A DNA stretch of 64,000 bases from a virus. Lineage: Duplodnaviria > Caudoviricetes. The stretch lies in the IMG/VR virus record IMGVR_UViG_2895778652_000001, positions 28,986 to 92,985 of that record. One strand, 5' to 3'. This document shows, in pieces, positions 1 through 9,405 of the stretch. Below the pieces are notes generated by a model. It was not told where the DNA came from, made no database searches, and was given only the letters and a program-made list of their open reading frames with translations. Both the position numbers and the translations under genes were made by a program. Each line of letters begins with the position of its first letter. The first letter of the stretch is position 1.

Positions 1-16
1 GAAGGCAGCGCGGCTG

Positions 17-421
17 ATGGACGTGGACGTGAAGACCATCATGGCGGCCATCGACGGCCACGCTCTGGAAGCCACTGGGCCAGATCGGCGCTCGCTGAAG
101 ATCGCGCACGCGGCGCTGGACACCTGGGACCGCAACGGGCGGCCCATGTGGGTGCGCCAGCCGGAGCCAGTGGCTTACGGCGTGCGTCTGCTGGTAGGCG
201 GTCTGGTGGCTGACAACGAGTTGTCCGCGAAGGCTGTGGCCGACGCCGCTGAACGGATGGGCCTGCCCCGCACGATCACCCACAGCATGATCCGGGGCGA
301 TCTGGCCCACGCCAGCGTGACCGCCCTGACCTGTCTGGCAGGCGTGCTGGATCAGATGCTCGGACGGACTCTGGGCCTGGAGGAACTGATCGAGGTCTGG
401 AGACCGGAGGGAAGGCCGTGA
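17..421 (+). CDS. Putative Cro/C1-type HTH protein (may begin before the window)
   Basis: C-terminus (ERMGLPRTITHSMIRG...LGLEELIEV) resembles the HTH protein at 57065-57292. Confidence 0.45.
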   Translation: MDVDVKTIMAAIDGHALEATGPDRRSLKIAHAALDTWDRNGRPMWVRQPEPVAYGVRLLVGGLVADNELSAKAVADAAERMGLPRTITHSMIRGDLAHASVTALTCLAGVLDQMLGRTLGLEELIEVWRPEGRP

Positions 422-705
422 CCCGCACTCTAGCCGATGATCTACGCCAGCTTGAGCGCCTGAACGTCATCATCCACCATCAGGCTGCCGACACGGGCCA
501 TCTTCAGGAGCTGCTGGAACTGCCTCAACTTAAGAAAGACAAGCCTGTCCATCTGCCAGGAGACCGCGCTCGTTGGCACTCTGCCCGCCGACGCCTGCGC
601 TGGATGATCGCCAAGCGAGACCGATTCGAGATCGTTGTCCGGCAAGCTCTGGAAGAAACGCGCAGCCCTTACGTTACTGACGAGGAGGAACCCGGTGGAT
701 TTTAA
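418..705 (+). CDS. Hypothetical phage protein
   Basis: GTGA overlap with upstream ORF; operon-like chain. Confidence 0.55.
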   Translation: MTRTLADDLRQLERLNVIIHHQAADTGHLQELLELPQLKKDKPVHLPGDRARWHSARRRLRWMIAKRDRFEIVVRQALEETRSPYVTDEEEPGGF

Positions 706-1075
706 TGACAAACGCGCTCAGGAGCTGCAAATCTACTTCGCCTTGATGGTCCCGCAGTGCATTCTTGACTTCCAGCGGCGTGGCATCACCGACGCCCAGG
801 CCGCAGCGAAGGAGCTATACGCGCAGGAGGGCTTTCAAGACCGCCTCACCTATTGCGAGGACATGCTGCATGGCCCGTTCGATCAGGACCGCCGCCAGAG
901 CAAACTCGCCTATGCCCAGGTGATCGCCGCTGCCAGCCTGACGCCGGGCGGAGTGGAGGCGTGGGGCCTACACTTTGAAGCGGCGCGCGGGCCGTTCTAT
1001 TCGAGTCGCACGCCAGAGGCCAGCGCCACCGTCATGCTGAACTTTGGGCCGCTGTTTGCTGGGATGGGCGCATGA
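695..1075 (+). CDS. Hypothetical phage protein
   Basis: GTG at 695 after GAGGAGG SD; ATGA overlap with next gene. Confidence 0.5.
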   Translation: MDFNDKRAQELQIYFALMVPQCILDFQRRGITDAQAAAKELYAQEGFQDRLTYCEDMLHGPFDQDRRQSKLAYAQVIAAASLTPGGVEAWGLHFEAARGPFYSSRTPEASATVMLNFGPLFAGMGA

Positions 1076-1311
1076 ACAGCTTCAAGATTGGCGATCAGGT
1101 GGAAGTGCTGAACGGTGGCAAGAACATCCTGACAGGTACAAGGGGGCACATCACCGAACTCAGCAGGCCAGGTGAGGGCATCTATCAGTCGGATGGCGTA
1201 GACATTCCCGCCTGCCGCGTGGACTGGCCGGAATGCACCCACGTCTACGGCGGGAAACGCGGCATATGGGTGGACGGACCGAGTCTGCGCCGCCTGGACG
1301 CAGAGTCATGA
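1072..1311 (+). CDS. Hypothetical protein, SH3/KOW-like (FKIGDQVEV)
   Basis: Coupled overlaps at both ends. Confidence 0.55.
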   Translation: MNSFKIGDQVEVLNGGKNILTGTRGHITELSRPGEGIYQSDGVDIPACRVDWPECTHVYGGKRGIWVDGPSLRRLDAES

Positions 1312-1835
1312 CCACCATGCAGATCAAGGGCATCACCCTGACCCATCCCTGGGCCTGGGTCATCGCGGAAGGCGGCAAGAACATCGAGAACCGGACCTGG
1401 CGGCCAGAGAAGCAGGGCGGACGGATCGGCATGTATCTGGCAATTCACGGCGGACGGCTGCACGGCCCGAACACGGCGGGGCGTGCGGAAGCGCGGGTAT
1501 CCCTGGCTTCGGTCATCACCACGATGGGCTGGGAAGGCGAGCAAGATCCAAAGACCATGCTCAGACTGCGGTGCGGTCTGGAAGTCGCCAATGAAACGGA
1601 TTACATGCCCACTGGCATCATTGCCGTGGCACGGCTGGCCGATGTGCGGGAGGACCACGACAACCCCTGGAGCGTGTTCGGTCAGTACCACTGGCACCTG
1701 GCCGACGTGACCCCGCTCTCTGAATCTGTCCCCCACAAAGGGGCGCAGGGGTTGTGGAGCCTGGAACGGGACGCGCTGGCGCAGGTGCGGACGCTGTATC
1801 GGGAGGCACTTAAAGCCAAAACGGCGGCGGCGTGA
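1308..1835 (+). CDS. ASCH/PUA-domain protein
   Basis: ITLTHPWAWVIAEGGKNIENRTW ... LAIHGG ... KGAQGLW motifs typical of ASCH. Confidence 0.8.
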   Translation: MTTMQIKGITLTHPWAWVIAEGGKNIENRTWRPEKQGGRIGMYLAIHGGRLHGPNTAGRAEARVSLASVITTMGWEGEQDPKTMLRLRCGLEVANETDYMPTGIIAVARLADVREDHDNPWSVFGQYHWHLADVTPLSESVPHKGAQGLWSLERDALAQVRTLYREALKAKTAAA

Positions 1836-2104
1836 AGGCCGATGTCAGGGCGCAACTGGAGGCGCTGGCCACCCGCCGCCGCGAGGCCGTCGAACTGCTG
1901 GGCGCGGGCGCTCACAACGATTTCGAGTTGCTGGCCGTCATGGCGGCGTTGTCGGGCTGGATCACGCGCGGGCGGGCAGCAGAGATGATCGGGGTGGACC
2001 TTGCGCACTACCGCCGGGAAGTGGAGCCGTATTTCGTGGTGGTGATTCAGAAGGAATGGCCGGAGAAGTGGGCGCAGGTTCAAGCAAGGGGAGAAGCGAT
2101 ATGA
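1832..2104 (+). CDS. Hypothetical protein with HTH-like segment (ITRGRAAEMIGV)
   Basis: Coupled ORF. Confidence 0.5.
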   Translation: MKADVRAQLEALATRRREAVELLGAGAHNDFELLAVMAALSGWITRGRAAEMIGVDLAHYRREVEPYFVVVIQKEWPEKWAQVQARGEAI

Positions 2105-2388
2105 AAGACGCAAAAGCATCAGAGAAGGCGCGGCGGCTGGCGAATCAGGCCCACGATCACGCTGATTTTGTGGCGGCCATCGCCCATCACGTCACCCATG
2201 AGGCAAGCAACAACATGCTCCGGCATGCAGCTACGCACCTGCGGCAGATGGCGGGGTTTTTGGAGAGCGAATACGCCCTGGAAGCGCCGCTCTCTGAACA
2301 GGCGGCAAGAGAATTGAGCGAGAACGTGTCACACATGCGCGGCGCAGCCCTCAAGGCCAAGCCAGAGGAGGAAGTAGATGGGGATTAA
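2101..2388 (+). CDS. Hypothetical phage protein
   Basis: ATGA overlap; helical ORF. Confidence 0.5.
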   Translation: MKDAKASEKARRLANQAHDHADFVAAIAHHVTHEASNNMLRHAATHLRQMAGFLESEYALEAPLSEQAARELSENVSHMRGAALKAKPEEEVDGD

Positions 2389-2626
2389 GAGCAAGCGCGT
2401 GGCCTTTACGTTCGATGACACCAGCCTTCGAACGCTGGAGCAGATGACGGACGAGGGCAGGTATAACAGCCTGGCCGACTGCGTGCGGGAGTCGCTGCAA
2501 ATCACCCGCGCACTTTCGCTTCAGGCACGGCGCGGCTATACCGAGCTGGTTGTCCGCAGTCCAGGCACGAACGCTGAGCGGGTGATCGTAATTCCGCGCC
2601 TACTGATCTTTGCAGGAGAGAAATGA
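2378..2626 (+). CDS. Ribbon-helix-helix (CopG-like) DNA-binding protein
   Basis: KRVAFTFDD-SLRTLEQM-NSLADCVRESL beta-alpha-alpha pattern; GAGGAGG SD. Confidence 0.6.
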   Translation: MGIKSKRVAFTFDDTSLRTLEQMTDEGRYNSLADCVRESLQITRALSLQARRGYTELVVRSPGTNAERVIVIPRLLIFAGEK

Positions 2627-2785
2627 GCGGCATCAGCCCCAGGCACAGGCGGAACAAGAAGGGCACGCCGATCCTCTAGCGTCGCCCCTGCCATCCCCCT
2701 CTCAATGTCCTCATGGAAACGCCAGCAACACCCTTTTCCGGAAACCCTATACACGCGTCGCCTGTCGTCAGGGCGGCGCGGTTCT

Positions 2786-3688
2786 TCATTCCTGTCCCAG
2801 CGCCTTCTTGACCGAGTCCGGCATCTTCCCCATCCACTTGTTTAGCTCGCTCTGCTCCTTGTCATTCAGCCGCCTCAGCCACGTCACGCTGCCCAGCGTG
2901 CGCCCCAGCCGGGCCACCTCGCGCTCGTTCAGGGCCGTGCGGGTGGGCCGGTCCCGCAGTGCGGCCAGTCGGTCCCTCAGTTCCCGGTGCGTGGCTCCAC
3001 TCAGGGCCAGGGCCAGCAGCTCCGCCTGATGCTCTGAGGGCGCAGCCGCCACCACGCCGCCCAGCGTGTACGGCAGTCCGGCGTCCAGCGCGTCCAGCAC
3101 CGGCTGAGGCCAGCTCAGGATGCGGAGCTTATTGGTCACGAAGCTCGTCCATTCCCCCAGGGCCAGCCGGGCGAATAGGGCCTCCAGCGCCGCGACATCC
3201 TCGCCGCCGTGGCTCCTGGCCCGGTACAGCCGCCCGCGTGCGCCGTCCGCATCGGTGCCCAGGGCCAGGGCGGCGAGGCGCACGGTGGCCGTGACCTCCT
3301 CGTACATGCTCAAACCCTCGCGTTGCAGGTTCTCGATCAGCGCGGCGGCCAGGGCGGCAGTGTCATCCAGATCCCGCACGATCACCGGCACCTCGCTCAA
3401 CCCGGCCAGTTCAGCGGCCCGCCAGCGCCGTTCACCCGCGATGATCTCAAATCCGTCCTCGGCGGGCCGGACCAGCAGGGGTTGCAGGACGCCCTGCTCC
3501 CGGATGCTGCGGGCCAGTTCGTCTAGGGCGGCCTGGGCAAACATCCGGCGTGGCTGGAAGGAGCCGGGGCGCAGACTCTGAAGGGGCACGCTGCGGGCGT
3601 CCAGACCGGGACGGGCCAGGGCGGAGGCGTCGCCCAACAGGGCTTCGAGGCCCAGACGGGGTTTGGGTTTCTTCGGTCTCGCGGTCAT
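2786..3688 (-). CDS. parB: ParB/Spo0J partition protein
   Basis: [37 protein letters not shown] motifs; directly downstream of parA. Confidence 0.95.
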   Translation of the reverse strand: MTARPKKPKPRLGLEALLGDASALARPGLDARSVPLQSLRPGSFQPRRMFAQAALDELARSIREQGVLQPLLVRPAEDGFEIIAGERRWRAAELAGLSEVPVIVRDLDDTAALAAALIENLQREGLSMYEEVTATVRLAALALGTDADGARGRLYRARSHGGEDVAALEALFARLALGEWTSFVTNKLRILSWPQPVLDALDAGLPYTLGGVVAAAPSEHQAELLALALSGATHRELRDRLAALRDRPTRTALNEREVARLGRTLGSVTWLRRLNDKEQSELNKWMGKMPDSVKKALGQE

Positions 3689-4440
3689 ATCACCACTCCC
3701 AGGGCCTGCGCGACTTCGCGCGTCAGGCGTTTGATGTCCTCGTGAACGGGGCTGCCCGGTGCATACACGCCCACTGGCTCCCCGGCCATCGTGCTGTCCA
3801 GCCACACGGCCTCCCTCTGCGGCATGGGTTCCGAGAGCGGGGACAGGTAGGCGCGCAGCTCGTCCAATACCGTGCGGTCATGCGTGCGGCGGGCGTCGTA
3901 TAGGGTGGGCACGTACAGGGCCACCGTCAGTTCCGGGCGCAGGCGGCGATACAGGGCGGTGGCCCGCTGAAGGCCGGGCAGGGCGTCGAGGCCCTTTTGC
4001 CGCGTCGGCACTGGCACGATCAGGCGATCAGCCGCAAGCGCGCCGAGGATGGCGAGCTGGCCGAGGCTGGGCGGGCTGTCGATCAGGCACACGTCGTACT
4101 GATCCGACACTGTCTGAAGCGCCTGCCGGAGGAACAGGTGTGCGCCGGGCATGCTGGCGATACCAATCTCGGCCTGAGCGAGATCCACCTGGGCGGGGAT
4201 GACGGAGAGGCCGTGGGCCTGCCGGGGAGTGGGGAGGGGCGCGCCCTCGGTGGCAACGGGATAGACTGTTTCCGCAAGATCAACATCCGTTAAACCCATC
4301 CAGGACGTAGAATTTCCCTGTGGGTCGAGATCGGCCAGCAACACCCGCAGGCCCATCCGAGACAGCTCATGCCCCACGTTCAGGGTGATTGAAGTCTTCC
4401 CTGCCCCTCCGGCGTGGTTGAACACTGTGGCTGTAACCAT
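3685..4440 (-). CDS. parA: ParA/Soj partition ATPase
   Basis: [10 protein letters not shown] Walker [16 protein letters not shown]; leaderless-type TAGCAT-N7-ATG start. Confidence 0.95.
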   Translation of the reverse strand: MVTATVFNHAGGAGKTSITLNVGHELSRMGLRVLLADLDPQGNSTSWMGLTDVDLAETVYPVATEGAPLPTPRQAHGLSVIPAQVDLAQAEIGIASMPGAHLFLRQALQTVSDQYDVCLIDSPPSLGQLAILGALAADRLIVPVPTRQKGLDALPGLQRATALYRRLRPELTVALYVPTLYDARRTHDRTVLDELRAYLSPLSEPMPQREAVWLDSTMAGEPVGVYAPGSPVHEDIKRLTREVAQALGVVI

Positions 4441-4623
4441 GTGCAGGATGCTAGCGCGGAATGTGCGCGGGGCCACATCGGGCGGCGGGCGGATTGATGG
4501 GGGGCTGTGGGACAACGCCTCAAAGTTAGCGTGTGTGGGACGGGGCTTTCAGAGTGCAGTTTGTGGGGAATGGGGAGGCATTCCAGCAAAGACCCCACCA
4601 CAACAAAGCGTCGGAGCGGGGTC

Positions 4624-4641
4624 AACTTAACGTAAAGCTAG
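4624..4641. promoter_or_regulatory. Palindromic site AACTTAACGTAAAGCTAG (copy 1 of 4; candidate parS or operator)
   Basis: Near-identical copies at 41631, 43105 and 43798. Confidence 0.55.
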
Positions 4642-5006
4642 AACAGCGGTACCTGTCCCCGCATCTCGCATCCCTCGAAATCCGTGGCCCAAACGTGGCC
4701 CTCTCCGTCGCAGAGTGCGCAGGCCCCTTCCTCGCCCACGCCGCTGCCATCGCAAGCCGGGCAGCGTTCGCGGGCCGGGCCGTCGGTCAGGGGTGGCCCG
4801 CCAGAGCCACGCAGGTAGACCGTCACCTCGTAGACCAGACCGCACGCCTCACAGCCGATCTCGTAATCCGTGCGGGGCATCTCGGCGTCCGACTGGAAGG
4901 CCAGAACGGTCTGGCGGTTGCGGGCGTCATCTTTGCAGGCGGGGCACTTGAACGGGCGGTGTTCAAATCGGCGGTCAATGTGCTGGGTGGGATACTCACA
5001 GCTCAT
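4638..5006 (-). CDS. Multi-CxxC zinc-finger protein
   Basis: CPAC, CEAC, CPACDGSG, CALCDGEG (DnaJ-type CxxCxGxG). Confidence 0.65.
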   Translation of the reverse strand: MSCEYPTQHIDRRFEHRPFKCPACKDDARNRQTVLAFQSDAEMPRTDYEIGCEACGLVYEVTVYLRGSGGPPLTDGPARERCPACDGSGVGEEGACALCDGEGHVWATDFEGCEMRGQVPLF

Positions 5007-5413
5007 GAGTCGGCGCTCGCCTTCAGCGCGTCCAGCACCACAGCCGCCAGCGCCTCTGCGGGAGAGGGTTCCTCGGATTCAACGTCATCCACGTCCTCGA
5101 CTTCCGTGGAGTCCTGGCCAGGGTTGCGGTACAGCGCGGCTCGGTAGGTCTTGCCGGAGCGGTAGATGGCCCACTCCCAGCCGCGCTCGTCGCATTCCTC
5201 GCGCAGTGCGCCCTCCAGGGCTACTCGCTGCTGCCAGCTTTCCCCAGGCTGGTCTAGGGTGTTCATGGTGGACGTGCAACCCAGGTACTCCCGGTTGCCA
5301 TCCACCCGTCCATGGAAGCTGGTGACGTGATAGGTCCGTACAGGGATGCTGCGGACGCTGAACCGCTCAGGCAGCAGCTCGGCCAGCTCCATCAGTAGAT
5401 CGGGCAGGCTCAC
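5003..5413 (-). CDS. Hypothetical phage protein
   Basis: Member of a translationally coupled leftward operon. Confidence 0.55.
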   Translation of the reverse strand: MSLPDLLMELAELLPERFSVRSIPVRTYHVTSFHGRVDGNREYLGCTSTMNTLDQPGESWQQRVALEGALREECDERGWEWAIYRSGKTYRAALYRNPGQDSTEVEDVDDVESEEPSPAEALAAVVLDALKASADS

Positions 5414-5748
5414 GCTCCTGCCTCCGGGTCCAGGATCCCCAGCCCCACGCCTGCCAGCCTTGCTGCCGCCACGTCGATGCCAAGATCACGGGCTATCTCG
5501 GCACTTCTGGCAGATTGCCCCACCCGCCGCCCCTCCATGACCACCGTGCCCATCGCCAGCTCTGTGGCCCAGCGCCGCACATCCTGACCCCCCAGCTTCT
5601 CCAGCTCACTGAACGTCCGTAGCACCCGCAGGGCCGCATCGCTCAGCTCAGGTTCCGGTGCGTCAAAGCGCAGGGCGCTCAGGCGCTGATAATCCTGTCG
5701 GGCCTCCAGCCAGTCGGCGAGGGCAGTCAGGGCATAGGAGCCGCTCAC
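5410..5748 (-). CDS. Hypothetical phage protein
   Basis: Coupled overlaps. Confidence 0.55.
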   Translation of the reverse strand: MSGSYALTALADWLEARQDYQRLSALRFDAPEPELSDAALRVLRTFSELEKLGGQDVRRWATELAMGTVVMEGRRVGQSARSAEIARDLGIDVAAARLAGVGLGILDPEAGA

Positions 5749-6422
5749 AGCCCCTGCCCCGGCACGCAGCCCGCTTCCTGGCAGCCCACGAGGGGTGAGA
5801 TGGTTGCACAGCTCTCCGATACGGCAGAGGGATTGGCCTGAGACAGATGCGCCAGACGAACCGCCATGCCGAACTGGTTGCCACTTAGCCCCAGCTCGTC
5901 CAGCAGAGGCACCCGCTTGATCTGCTCCTCATAGGTCAGCTCGCGGAACGCCTGAACGCCCTCCCCCACTGCATCGGCAATCGCCACGGCAGCCTGACAG
6001 GTGGCCAGCTCATAACCCTGATGCGCCCAGGCGGTGTCCGGGGCGTTCTTGAGGAAGCGGGCGAGGCGGGCCTGGAAGGGCGTGGGCAGCAGGGCGATGG
6101 CGGCCTCCTGGGCGGCGCGCCCTTCCAGATATTCGTCGCGGTCTTTCTCGCGGCGTTCGTCGATGTCCCGCTGCCACTCGGCCATGTGCTGGGCCTCGGT
6201 CTGATACAGGAACACCTGCCCGTCAATCACGATGCCTCGCACGGGATAGCCGGTGCCCTTGCCATACAGGCGGATGGACTGGCCGGGCTGTGGGATGAAT
6301 GGGCCAGCGGAAATGCCGAGAGACCAGCCGGTGTCCATTGTGACGGTGCGGCCCTCTTCCCCAACGCTGGCGATGATGGCGTCTTCAAACTGCGTATCGG
6401 CGGAGAGATCAGGATGCGTCAT
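5745..6422 (-). CDS. Hypothetical phage protein
   Basis: 225-aa ORF with coupled overlaps. Confidence 0.65.
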   Translation of the reverse strand: MTHPDLSADTQFEDAIIASVGEEGRTVTMDTGWSLGISAGPFIPQPGQSIRLYGKGTGYPVRGIVIDGQVFLYQTEAQHMAEWQRDIDERREKDRDEYLEGRAAQEAAIALLPTPFQARLARFLKNAPDTAWAHQGYELATCQAAVAIADAVGEGVQAFRELTYEEQIKRVPLLDELGLSGNQFGMAVRLAHLSQANPSAVSESCATISPLVGCQEAGCVPGQGL

Positions 6423-6682
6423 GGGTGTACCTCGATTTGGATGACTTCAAAGCATGTGTCTGCGCCGTTGTACTGGGCGGGGCCGAAGATCGCCATGAAC
6501 TGCCAGAGCGGCCAGCTCATCTGCCCGTCCAGGTCCGGTTGCTGGAACACGTAGTCGGTTTTCATGGACTGCGGCAACAGATCTCGCTGGGCGGCCTCGT
6601 GCTTCCGCAGGACCACCACGCCGCGCCGGGTCAGGCGGACGTAGACGAATTGATTGATGCCAGTGGGCACGCGGTCTTTCAT
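6419..6682 (-). CDS. Hypothetical phage protein (VYVRLT...WQFMAIFG)
   Basis: GGAGG SD before ATG 6682; coupled overlaps. Confidence 0.6.
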   Translation of the reverse strand: MKDRVPTGINQFVYVRLTRRGVVVLRKHEAAQRDLLPQSMKTDYVFQQPDLDGQMSWPLWQFMAIFGPAQYNGADTCFEVIQIEVHP

Positions 6683-7098
6683 GGATGGACCTCCGGCGTC
6701 TGGGCCAGTCGCCAGTACGCCATCTTTCGTTTCTGCTTTGGGGTCCGCTCGGCCCAGCCGTCGTCCACCGCGCGGCGCAGGGCGGCCTGAAAAATCCCCC
6801 ACGTCACCTGTCCCTGAACCGCCTGCCACAGTTCGGTGGTACTCCGCCACTCCGCGTCCAGCAGTGGCAGCAGCACCACATGCGCCGCCTGGACCCGGAG
6901 CGAGGGCAACGGCGGCAGCGTGACCGTCTCTGCGTCCGCATCTGCTGCCAGGGCGCGCAACTCCCGTGCGCAGGTCAGCAGCGTCTCGGCCTCCCCACGC
7001 GGTTCGGTGGTCTTCCAGCCGAATTCGTCGCGGTGAAGCTGGCGGAGGAACGCGGCCCGGTCCTCCCAGGTCTGGGCAAGGGTGTCGGCTGGGGTCAT
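6679..7098 (-). CDS. Hypothetical protein with C-terminal winged-helix-like region
   Basis: Coupled ORF. Confidence 0.55.
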   Translation of the reverse strand: MTPADTLAQTWEDRAAFLRQLHRDEFGWKTTEPRGEAETLLTCARELRALAADADAETVTLPPLPSLRVQAAHVVLLPLLDAEWRSTTELWQAVQGQVTWGIFQAALRRAVDDGWAERTPKQKRKMAYWRLAQTPEVHP

Positions 7099-7499
7099 GG
7101 GGCCGCCTGAGCGTTAAGAGCGGCGATATACCGTTCAAGAAACATGCGGTCACCATCTTCATAGCCCATGTTCAAAAGAGCGGTTGCCATCCGCTCCGGG
7201 GCGTCAAGTAGATGTCCAATCCTCTTGATCGCCTCTTCAAACCATATTTTTGAGCCAGCCAGTTCGTCAGACATCTGGTGACACGCAATTTCAAATGCTT
7301 TGGCCGGGTTCTGGGCATGGGCTGGCTCAGAAAGGGCGGCGGCAAGTGGCAGAAAGGGGCCATGCCCAGCACGGTCCATCGGGGCGTCCTTGAGTATGCG
7401 CGTTCCCCCGCAGCGACAGCAGGTTTGCGGGCATTGGGGTGGCATAGAGAGCAGGGCAGGGCCAGTGGTGTGCCAGCAGTGGGTGCATGGTTCATTCAT
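7095..7499 (-). CDS. Cys-rich hypothetical protein
   Basis: CTHCWH...CCRCG N-terminus; coupled ORF. Confidence 0.5.
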   Translation of the reverse strand: MNEPCTHCWHTTGPALLSMPPQCPQTCCRCGGTRILKDAPMDRAGHGPFLPLAAALSEPAHAQNPAKAFEIACHQMSDELAGSKIWFEEAIKRIGHLLDAPERMATALLNMGYEDGDRMFLERYIAALNAQAAP

Positions 7500-7572
7500 G
7501 GGCAACCTCGGGCATAGAGGCGGCGCTTGAGCAGCGTGTGGGGGCCGCCCCGCTTGTGGCGAAAGCGCTCGC

Positions 7573-7779
7573 TCACCTGCTGGCCCCGTCGGGCAAGTCG
7601 TCGCCCATCCGCTCGAACAGCGCTTGACCCTCAACGGCAAGCCCGCGCTGCTGCGCCCAGCCACCGATCAGCTCGAACATGCTGTCGTCCATCTCCCGCT
7701 GCTGCCTGGCAGTCAGGGGGTGGCCATCAGTCCGAGTAAATCGGTACTCGGCCAGCATTGCCTTCCACTGGTCAGGCAT
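7573..7779 (-). CDS. Hypothetical phage protein
   Basis: 68-aa ORF in operon. Confidence 0.45.
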   Translation of the reverse strand: MPDQWKAMLAEYRFTRTDGHPLTARQQREMDDSMFELIGGWAQQRGLAVEGQALFERMGDDLPDGASR

Positions 7780-8314
7780 GATCTTCCCCTTCTGAGAATG
7801 CGGCCAGCGCCTCCTGGTTCACTTTGATGACCCGTCCGCAGCCGGGGCAGTACTGGATGATCACCCCGTTCTCGCTGTCCGGGCCGATATGGAAGTAGTG
7901 GACGGTGCGGAGGGTGCCCGTGGCCGTGTTCAGCACCTGGTGGCTGGCGTGCTTGATCACCCCGAGCTTTACGCACTCGTCGAAGCCCTCGCAGGCACAG
8001 AAGCCGGAGTCCACCGGGGCCTTCAGGGCGGTCAACATGGCATGACGGGCAGCCAGGAAGGCGGCATGGTCCCCTTCCGTATCCGTGCCTGCCACCTTCT
8101 TGTCCCAGAGCGCGCCAAGTTCCACCGTGAACGTGTTGAGTGTTGCCTCGGAGTGGCCCGGCTCCGGCGCTGGCAAGAGCAAGCCGTCCAGCGCGGCGTC
8201 CAGTTCGTCGATCAGCTTAGGGTCTGTGATCGTGTCGAACTCCGCGATGCTGGCGGACACGGCGCGACAGGCCCGGTCCAGGCGCTCCAGCTCGGACATG
8301 GGGCTACTGGTCAT
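7772..8314 (-). CDS. Hypothetical protein with Zn-ribbon C-terminus
   Basis: CACEGFDEC ... YCPGCG. Confidence 0.55.
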   Translation of the reverse strand: MTSSPMSELERLDRACRAVSASIAEFDTITDPKLIDELDAALDGLLLPAPEPGHSEATLNTFTVELGALWDKKVAGTDTEGDHAAFLAARHAMLTALKAPVDSGFCACEGFDECVKLGVIKHASHQVLNTATGTLRTVHYFHIGPDSENGVIIQYCPGCGRVIKVNQEALAAFSEGEDHA

Positions 8315-8915
8315 CGGGGAGCTCCTGTACCGTGCTGGCGGCGCGGCGCTCCTGCATTTCCTTGAGCTCGGCAGAGGCAACCTCACGCCACTTCATGCCG
8401 TGCTGGCGGGCCATCCCAAGAAAATGACGATTCATGTATCCCAGCTCAGCCTCCATCTTGGGGGCGATGTCATGGCCGCCTGCGCGCCAGAGATGTGCGA
8501 ACCGGGCCATGTCCATAGGATTCCAGCAAAGGATCTCCTGTTCTGCCTCCTGATATTCGGCCAGCGGGACACCGAGGGAGAGGTAGGTGGGCTGATCGGC
8601 GCTGAGGGCAGGTATAGGCGGCAGCGTGGTCTCCCGCACGCCCATCTCCTCCGGCGTTAGGTCTGGCCAGCGTGCCAGAATGCGGGCAGTCTGGGCAGCA
8701 TCAGCTTGCGCCCCTTCATCGTCCCCCTCGAACAACGCATAATTCACGCCGTCCAACAACTCTTGAAGACGCATGATGGCCGCCCGGCGCGGTGTCCCCG
8801 GCCACTCGTCCAGCTCCTGACCGTACTTCTCGCGGCCTTCCTCCATGCGGGCCTGCACGACGGCGTGGAGAGCAGCGGGCAGCAACGCTTTGGCCCGCTC
8901 GACGATGCGCGTCAT
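8304..8915 (-). CDS. Hypothetical phage protein (GREKYG...QELLDGVNY motif)
   Basis: GGAGAGG SD; motif pattern recurrent in phage MazG-like small proteins. Confidence 0.55.
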   Translation of the reverse strand: MTRIVERAKALLPAALHAVVQARMEEGREKYGQELDEWPGTPRRAAIMRLQELLDGVNYALFEGDDEGAQADAAQTARILARWPDLTPEEMGVRETTLPPIPALSADQPTYLSLGVPLAEYQEAEQEILCWNPMDMARFAHLWRAGGHDIAPKMEAELGYMNRHFLGMARQHGMKWREVASAELKEMQERRAASTVQELPDDQ

Positions 8916-9124
8916 GCCTTCACCTCTCCGCCGTAGGGCGCTGCCACTTCCTGGCCGTCCTGGCTCAACACGCACAGCGCGTACCCATCGGCCCCGACAC
9001 TAAATGCGTTGATCTTCGCGGCGCAGGTCTGGCAATAGAACGCCCGCGTGCTGGAGTTCCACCACACCGCGCCCGGCTGCTGGCAGGCCGTCCGGTTGCA
9101 GTTGCCGCCCCACTTGCCCTTCAC
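8912..9124 (-). CDS. Small Cys-rich phage protein
   Basis: CNRTACQ...YCQTCA. Confidence 0.6.
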   Translation of the reverse strand: MKGKWGGNCNRTACQQPGAVWWNSSTRAFYCQTCAAKINAFSVGADGYALCVLSQDGQEVAAPYGGEVKA

Positions 9125-9405
9125 GCCCGCACTTCCTTCCGTGCCTTGCGGCAGGTGTCGCAGGTGCAGGTCTGCTTCTGGAGGTATTCCGCCGTCCGGG
9201 CCAGTCGAGCGAGCAGATGCACGGCGTCACCCAGCAGCCATGTCGGCACCTGTTCCCCTTTAGGCGCATTCAGGGCCAGCACAACGTCAAAACCAGCGGC
9301 GTGCAGCTCCTCGGTCAACTGTTCGGCCCGCGCCTTCAGTTCTGGCGTCAGGCGGGGCGTGACGATCCCTGCTGGAATGACCTCCCCATGCGCGAAGGTC
9401 TTCAC
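9121..9405 (-). CDS. Hypothetical phage protein
   Basis: Coupled overlaps; CTCDTC. Confidence 0.5.
   Translation of the reverse strand: MKTFAHGEVIPAGIVTPRLTPELKARAEQLTEELHAAGFDVVLALNAPKGEQVPTWLLGDAVHLLARLARTAEYLQKQTCTCDTCRKARKEVRA

Noticed and set aside
4390-4425. ParA Walker A lacking the signature lysine ([10 protein letters not shown]) as a sign of inactivation
   Set aside because: The rest of the gene and the parB coupling are intact, and I recall this variant in other plasmid ParA proteins; there is no evidence of decay.
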